64,000 bases of DNA, from the sequence record OP079919.1. One strand, given 5' to 3'. Below the pieces are notes generated by a model. It had not been told where the DNA came from. It worked only from the letters and a program-made list of their open reading frames with translations, and ran no database searches. Shown one piece after another: positions 59,106 to 64,000 of the stretch. Position numbers and translations under genes: made by a program. Within the stretch, counting starts at the first letter, position 1; every line of letters starts with the position of its first letter. Source of the DNA: Klebsiella phage KPN8.

Positions 59106-59142
59106 AGATAAACAACACAAATGTTTATCTGTTTTGATCAAA
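59106..59142. promoter_or_regulatory. composite operator-like site: 9-bp inverted repeat AGATAAACA(n7)TGTTTATCT plus palindrome TTTGATCAAA
   Basis: TTTGATCAAA (59133-59142) is shared with the 33129 palindrome; 50 bp upstream of the capsid ATG. Confidence 0.45.
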
Positions 59143-59191
59143 CTAAATAACATCCCCTTTATAAAAAGCTAATAGCTATTAGGAGTTAAGA

Positions 59192-61204
59192 ATGTCCGAC
59201 AATCAAAATGGCAACAACTGGGAACAAACCGTCCTGAACACCGCTGCTGGTAAAGGAGAGCCGATCGTCTCTGCTTCTGCCGAGAATTTCGGTTCTCAGC
59301 TGCTCGGTCTGCTCGGCCAGGCTTCTCTTCTGGGTTCTTCCAAGAACGTGCCGGAAGTAGAAGAAACCGCGGCTCTGATCAAGAAACGCGTAACCGATCT
59401 GAAAAACGGTACGCCGGGCGAAACCCAGAAGAAGATCCTGCCGGAAGTGAACATCATCACCAAACCGATCATCTCTGCACTGCCGGGCATCGTCCTCTCC
59501 CTGCACATGAACAACAACCCTGCGGTATACGTCATGCCGGTGCTGTTCTCTAACCGTCATCTGACCAATACCCTGGAAGAGATCCAGATCGACAACGGCG
59601 TTAACCAACAGCGCAAAATGTCCATGCCGTTTACCCCGGATTCCTACGCTCGTGCTGATCTGTTCGAACAGATCAAAATGCACTACAAAGCGATGCTCCA
59701 GGATAAAGGTGTGAGCGAATGCGTGATCATCAACGTGATGGTTATCGACCTGGAACAGATCGTTGGTGACGATGTCCTGAATCAGGGCAAATCGCCGCTG
59801 CTGCGTGATGAAATCATGCGTAGCTGGGAACAGGGTCTGATGGTACAGATCGCGAAAATCGCAGCCAACCAGCCGAAAGCTTCTCTGCCTTCTCCGTTCT
59901 CTGCGACCGGTGGCAAAGCCTATGGTCAGCACGGTAATGCGATTGCTCGCGTTGAACCGATCCGCGGTCAGTATGTTAACGAAGGTCTGCTGTCTCCGGC
60001 GAACCTGACCATCCGCATGCAAACTGCTAACCACAACGGTTATCAGGGTAATGCTGAGCAGTCCCGCGAAATCGTCAACACCTACGCGACCGTTAGCCTG
60101 ATGGGTTCTCCGATCCAACAGTTCAACCCGCAGCTGACCGGTAACATTCCGCAGCCGTACCTGCAGACCCCTAACGGTCGTCCTCAGGGCTACACCCCGC
60201 TGCAGCCGGTGGTTATTATGAACCACGCTAAAGCTGGCGAAGTGCTGGGCGATGCGACTGGCCTGTCGACCTACTTCATGGGTCTGTTCTCTCTGATGGC
60301 GACCAACAGCAACTACCTGTTTGCTGAAGCTCTGCGTTCTAAGAACGTAGGTTCTCGTGGCTCCCTGACTGATATGGAACACCGCATCCGTCAGATGGAA
60401 AATGGATTACCTCCGCGCACTAAGGGTACTGAGATGACCGACGCTAAACTGTCGGATATCGATTTCACCACTAACTGGATTCGCGCCAATATTGGACCTA
60501 AAGCAGTCTTTGCTGCTGACCTGATCCAGTTCGGCCCGGATGCGGCGATCTCCAACTTCCTGTTCAACCTCACCTCCGGTGCGAAAGACTACAGCAAATG
60601 CGTGAAAACCGTTATTGCTATCGTCGATTCCATCTCCGGTGATGCGAAAGCCATGTCTGCGGTTATCGCAGAAAACCAGGCCAACAACAATGGTAACGGC
60701 GGATGGATTCCAGGTAAACCGGTACTGCACGTTTCTAACGCGCTGATCCCGGTCGGTACTGCTGTACTGGATAACAAACGCATTGCGCTCGGCGAAGTGG
60801 ACGAGATGTTCCTGTCCAAGCACTACAAAGATCAGATCACCCCGATGAACCAGTACCTGGAAAACATGTACGGGTCTAACCCGAACGTGCCGGAAAAACT
60901 GCGTCGCTATAACCTGCTCATCCAGCTGTCCACCATCTTCTCTGAAGGTGTAAACCTGTTCGGCTTCGCTCGTCGTTGCTACTGGGATCCGCTGTTCATG
61001 GATGCGTTCACTAAAGCGATGAACACCATCGGTTCTCTGCAGGTTACTGGCTCTATGGGTCAGTTCGCTGCTAACGTTCAAGTCTTCGCTCCTGGCCAGC
61101 AGTATATCTCTCAGGCAACTGCTGGTAACTCCGGTGGCGTCGTTCTGGGTAACGGTATGATGCTGGGTGCAGGTGGCGGTCTGGTGTTTGGCCCGTCCTA
61201 CTAA
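59192..61204 (+). CDS. major capsid protein (putative)
   Basis: A 670-aa ORF with extreme E. coli-like optimal-codon usage (CTG, CGT, CCG, GGT, AAC) that produces two long antisense artefact ORFs. TTAGGAG ribosome-binding site and a strong terminator; its size fits jumbo-phage capsid proteins. Confidence 0.65.
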   Translation: MSDNQNGNNWEQTVLNTAAGKGEPIVSASAENFGSQLLGLLGQASLLGSSKNVPEVEETAALIKKRVTDLKNGTPGETQKKILPEVNIITKPIISALPGIVLSLHMNNNPAVYVMPVLFSNRHLTNTLEEIQIDNGVNQQRKMSMPFTPDSYARADLFEQIKMHYKAMLQDKGVSECVIINVMVIDLEQIVGDDVLNQGKSPLLRDEIMRSWEQGLMVQIAKIAANQPKASLPSPFSATGGKAYGQHGNAIARVEPIRGQYVNEGLLSPANLTIRMQTANHNGYQGNAEQSREIVNTYATVSLMGSPIQQFNPQLTGNIPQPYLQTPNGRPQGYTPLQPVVIMNHAKAGEVLGDATGLSTYFMGLFSLMATNSNYLFAEALRSKNVGSRGSLTDMEHRIRQMENGLPPRTKGTEMTDAKLSDIDFTTNWIRANIGPKAVFAADLIQFGPDAAISNFLFNLTSGAKDYSKCVKTVIAIVDSISGDAKAMSAVIAENQANNNGNGGWIPGKPVLHVSNALIPVGTAVLDNKRIALGEVDEMFLSKHYKDQITPMNQYLENMYGSNPNVPEKLRRYNLLIQLSTIFSEGVNLFGFARRCYWDPLFMDAFTKAMNTIGSLQVTGSMGQFAANVQVFAPGQQYISQATAGNSGGVVLGNGMMLGAGGGLVFGPSY

Positions 61205-61228
61205 GAGTTCGGCTGTAAGCTCACTAAA

Positions 61229-61257
61229 GGAGGAGGCGGAAGCCTCCTCCCTTTTTT
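61229..61257 (+). terminator. rho-independent terminator after the capsid gene
   Basis: GGAGGAGGC-GGAA-GCCTCCTCC followed by CTTTTTTATG. Confidence 0.8.
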
Positions 61258-61275
61258 ATGCATTTCATTTTTTGA

Positions 61276-62895
61276 GTGAACGGAGACGTTATGGATCAGT
61301 ACGGTGATCGTATTATTGATGCATTAACAGCGCCTGAATTTTCATCATTGCAACCAGAGGCTCAGTTTAAAACTTATGCCGAACAATACGGTGGTGACCT
61401 TTCTGACGACAAACGTTTTTATGAACCCCTTTATCCCGACTTCACTGACTATAACCGTTTGCATGATACTGCTAAGGTCGATCCGGTTTACCTGAACGAT
61501 TTCGATTTTTGTTTGGAAGAAGACCGAGAACGAATCGCATCTTTGATTCGTATGGACTTCAACACCGACACATTCGAAACCGTCGCGAGATGTAGTTGTG
61601 GGCATTTGAAGGGCAACTATTTATTGGGTCAGAAAAGATCATGTCCCATCTGTCAATCCCTTGTAGAGAAAGTCGTAGAGACTTCCTTAGATACTAAGGT
61701 ATGGGTCAGGGTTCCAGAAGGTGTAGTTGGATTTATCAGCCCGGCTTATTACAAAACCTTCTTATCGAAGATCGCGACCAATTCTCCAAAGATTGAGATC
61801 GTGACTTGGCTCATCGATCCGTCTTATCGTCGGGGAAGCCGAGCTCAGCATACTGAGTCCGGTCGTCGGATGTTGGCTGAACTCGATAAACTCGGAATAG
61901 TGCCCGGGCTTAACAGCTTTATATTGAACGCGGACAGATTCATGGAACACTTCCTTGTTGGTGAAGGAAGAGGTGCCGTGAGCATGAAGCCGGCTGATGG
62001 TAAAAAGCATTTGGATAAGTATTACGAATATCGTCATCTTATCTTCCCGCGCTATTTGTCCGTACCCAATAAACTCGCCACCATCATCGAGCAAGATGGT
62101 AAAGATAAGTACGTTTCTTCAACCCAATTGAAAACCTCGGCAATCTACCAATCTATTGCGGATACGAGGGATTCTACTGAGTTTTATAAATGTACGATTA
62201 AGGACCTTAAAGAGAACGCTGATATCGTCGGGAAGGCAATAGTTCGATTAGGTAAGCAGAACTCTGATAACTATAAGAGTCAGCTGTTTGCTAAATCGAG
62301 CCTGATACGTAAACACGTAATCGCGGGATCGTTATCTTTATCAGGTCGTGGTGTTATCACGTCAACTACCGGATTGCATGACGCCGGTGTTGCTAAGATA
62401 CCTTGGATCATGGCAGTGGCTATGCTGAAGAAACACATCCTGGGATATCTTTACCGTTTAGGGTACAGTCCCCTGAAAGCTGAAAGTGTAATCAGTACAG
62501 CAGCGCACCAAGTCGTCCCGGTTATCGATCAATTCTTTACCAAGCACGAAAAGCAAAAAGACATTGTCTGCATTTTAGGAAGAAACCCATCAATTCAGTA
62601 CCTGTCAGCAAAAGCCTTCTTTATGTCGATCAACCGAGATTTAGAAGACGAGTCGATAAACTTACCGATACTCTCGGTTAAAACCTTTAATGCTGACTTC
62701 GATGGCGATACGATGTATTGCTACGTCCTCAGCGATTTGAAAGGCAAAGCCAAAGCGTATGGGTCGTTCGGTCATCAGTCCATGCTCGATGAAAACGAAC
62801 CATTTACAATAAGTCGATTTGCTGATCAAACTTCAACGAATTTGATGAACCTCAACAACATGATGAGAGGAACACCAATCAATGAATGCGGCTGA
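61276..62895 (+). CDS. RNA polymerase beta-prime-like fragment with a canonical NADFDGD catalytic loop (second RNAP set, probably non-virion)
   Basis: KTFNADFDGDTMY at 62688-62726; 539 aa; sits downstream of the capsid gene, as nvRNAP subunit genes do in phiKZ. Confidence 0.65.
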   Translation: MNGDVMDQYGDRIIDALTAPEFSSLQPEAQFKTYAEQYGGDLSDDKRFYEPLYPDFTDYNRLHDTAKVDPVYLNDFDFCLEEDRERIASLIRMDFNTDTFETVARCSCGHLKGNYLLGQKRSCPICQSLVEKVVETSLDTKVWVRVPEGVVGFISPAYYKTFLSKIATNSPKIEIVTWLIDPSYRRGSRAQHTESGRRMLAELDKLGIVPGLNSFILNADRFMEHFLVGEGRGAVSMKPADGKKHLDKYYEYRHLIFPRYLSVPNKLATIIEQDGKDKYVSSTQLKTSAIYQSIADTRDSTEFYKCTIKDLKENADIVGKAIVRLGKQNSDNYKSQLFAKSSLIRKHVIAGSLSLSGRGVITSTTGLHDAGVAKIPWIMAVAMLKKHILGYLYRLGYSPLKAESVISTAAHQVVPVIDQFFTKHEKQKDIVCILGRNPSIQYLSAKAFFMSINRDLEDESINLPILSVKTFNADFDGDTMYCYVLSDLKGKAKAYGSFGHQSMLDENEPFTISRFADQTSTNLMNLNNMMRGTPINECG

Positions 62896-63517
62896 CGCGT
62901 TTAGCTTTAGTTGTGCCGGCGCTATTGACGAAGGTCGAATGCGTCAGTATGCCGGCTACGTTCAAATGAATTTTGATAACGTGAAAGGTATGGGAGGTTG
63001 GCTGGCGAAAGAAGCAGAAAAAACGTTAGACCGATTTTCTAACTTCATGAATTCCAGGGCGTGGGAGTTATCCAAAATCCTAACGGGGAATGGCGATGGT
63101 GAATACGTAGGACGATTTGACATCGGTTATTTAGGTTCCCTCAACGCTCAACAACAAGCTCAGGGATTCATGCGGGACTACATCATGGCTAACCCATTGG
63201 TTATGCAGATGTATCTTGATGGAGGATTGGAAGGCTACGGTGGTGAGTTCTCCCCGTTCTGTAATGCCGTTGGTAAGAACAACGTTTTCTATCGTAACGC
63301 CACCCATGGTATAGTACAAACTGAAACTAAAGACGATGTTCAGAAAACCTGGTTCAGTCACTTTGGTGATGTGCCGGGTACAGGAATGTCCTTTAGGGAA
63401 CAAGCGGACATCATGAGAACTTGGAAAGCGACCAATCACCTGATAGGTTCTCAACTCTTTGATATGACCTCACCATCGAATAAAAAGATGAATGAGGATA
63501 ACGAAGAGGAAACATAA
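62882..63517 (+). CDS. hypothetical protein (211 aa), possibly RNAP-associated
   Basis: 14-nt overlap with the beta-prime-like gene. Confidence 0.65.
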   Translation: MNAADAFSFSCAGAIDEGRMRQYAGYVQMNFDNVKGMGGWLAKEAEKTLDRFSNFMNSRAWELSKILTGNGDGEYVGRFDIGYLGSLNAQQQAQGFMRDYIMANPLVMQMYLDGGLEGYGGEFSPFCNAVGKNNVFYRNATHGIVQTETKDDVQKTWFSHFGDVPGTGMSFREQADIMRTWKATNHLIGSQLFDMTSPSNKKMNEDNEEET

Positions 63518-63526
63518 ACATTTTTG

Positions 63527-63546
63527 GGGGGGGGAACTCCCCCATT
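63527..63546 (+). terminator. G/C hairpin, possible terminator
   Basis: TTTTTGGGGGGGGGAACTCCCCCATTT. Confidence 0.35.
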
Positions 63547-63565
63547 TAACATCGAGAGTAAACTT

Positions 63566-63928
63566 ATGAATAGCGAACAAACCAAACCCATGCATAGTGT
63601 TTTTATGCAAATCATCAGTTCCGAAGAAATCGGTAATTTGAAGAATGCCGTTCGGAATACCGAATTCCTTTTAGCCGAATTAGGCGAATCGGAAGACGGC
63701 AAACCACTGGATCCATCCCATCTGATCTTTATTGTAACCGACATGTCTTTTGACGAACACGGAAACTTGATGGGAAGAGTAACTCCCACCGGCCCATACA
63801 AGGACAAGGGACGGGAATGGATTTCGACTAAAAAATATAAAACACCTATTTTTAAGTTTATTCCGAGAGTGGCCACGAATAACCGCAATTGGACCTTCAT
63901 CAATAAACTCGACGTGGTGGTCAAATAA
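63566..63928 (+). CDS. hypothetical protein (~120 aa)
   Basis: Internal ATG of the track ORF 63524 after the G8/C5 hairpin; GAGAG leader. Confidence 0.55.
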   Translation: MNSEQTKPMHSVFMQIISSEEIGNLKNAVRNTEFLLAELGESEDGKPLDPSHLIFIVTDMSFDEHGNLMGRVTPTGPYKDKGREWISTKKYKTPIFKFIPRVATNNRNWTFINKLDVVVK

Positions 63929-64000
63929 TGGAAACCACCCGGGATTATACAGCGAAGATCAAATGGCCTTTTGTTGTTGTGTTTAATCTCAAAGATGGTC
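63928..64000 (+). CDS. hypothetical protein, 3'-truncated at window edge
   Basis: ATG overlapping the previous stop (TAATG); open to the end of the window. Confidence 0.4.
   Translation, partial: METTRDYTAKIKWPFVVVFNLKDG

Noticed and set aside
59186-61081. Long minus-strand ORFs (398 aa and 224 aa) inside the capsid gene
   Set aside because: They are antisense to a strongly codon-biased gene with GC3-rich codons, and their Arg/Val/Phe-rich composition is typical of antisense artefacts. The plus-strand ORF has a ribosome-binding site, a terminator and native-like sequence.

Overview
This window looks like a slice of a phiKZ-like (Chimalliviridae-type), nucleus-forming jumbo phage. The function assignments rest on recognisable motifs rather than database hits. 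Genes are densely packed on both strands with short intergenic gaps, many perfect stem-loop terminators, and a recurring TTTTAGGAG-type ribosome-binding context. Calls supported by motifs: (i) a 2268-aa virion protein with a C-terminal GH19-type lysozyme domain and Gly/Ala-rich tape-measure-like segments (phiKZ gp181-like); (ii) beside it a split multisubunit RNA polymerase, a beta-prime N-terminal fragment (DGLYSPTIFG and GGDFDGD) followed by a 1418-aa beta-like subunit, and a second beta-prime-like fragment with a perfect NADFDGD at 61276..62895; (iii) a PhuZ-type phage tubulin (CGGTGIN, GTRGGG, AAGATGS motifs); (iv) a large terminase whose ATPase P-loop is interrupted by a 349-aa intein carrying two LAGLIDADG motifs; (v) an endolysin with two peptidoglycan-binding repeats and a transglycosylase domain; (vi) thymidylate kinase; (vii) an HD-domain phosphohydrolase; (viii) a putative family-B DNA polymerase palm/thumb fragment (DTDS and KRY motifs); (ix) strongly codon-biased, presumably highly expressed structural genes: a 670-aa major capsid protein, a 719-aa putative tail sheath, a 298-aa putative tail tube and a 499-aa protein. 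Their CTG/CGT/CCG/GGT codon preference suggests an enterobacterial host. The two most unusual regions are both ORF-free. The first is a ~1.1-kb AT-rich tract (48543..49685) containing alternating purine/pyrimidine GC palindromes (CGCGTGCG / CGCACGCG motifs) that flank a ~140-bp core of roughly 95% AT, plus iteron-like short repeats and repeated 11-mers. The second is a ~1.5-kb GC-rich, ORF-poor tract (50421..51922) that contains a complete type I hammerhead ribozyme core (CUGAUGA, stem II, GAAA, stem III, GUC) at 50678..50745, followed by ~650 nt of hairpin-rich sequence, a 62-aa ORF and a strong terminator.
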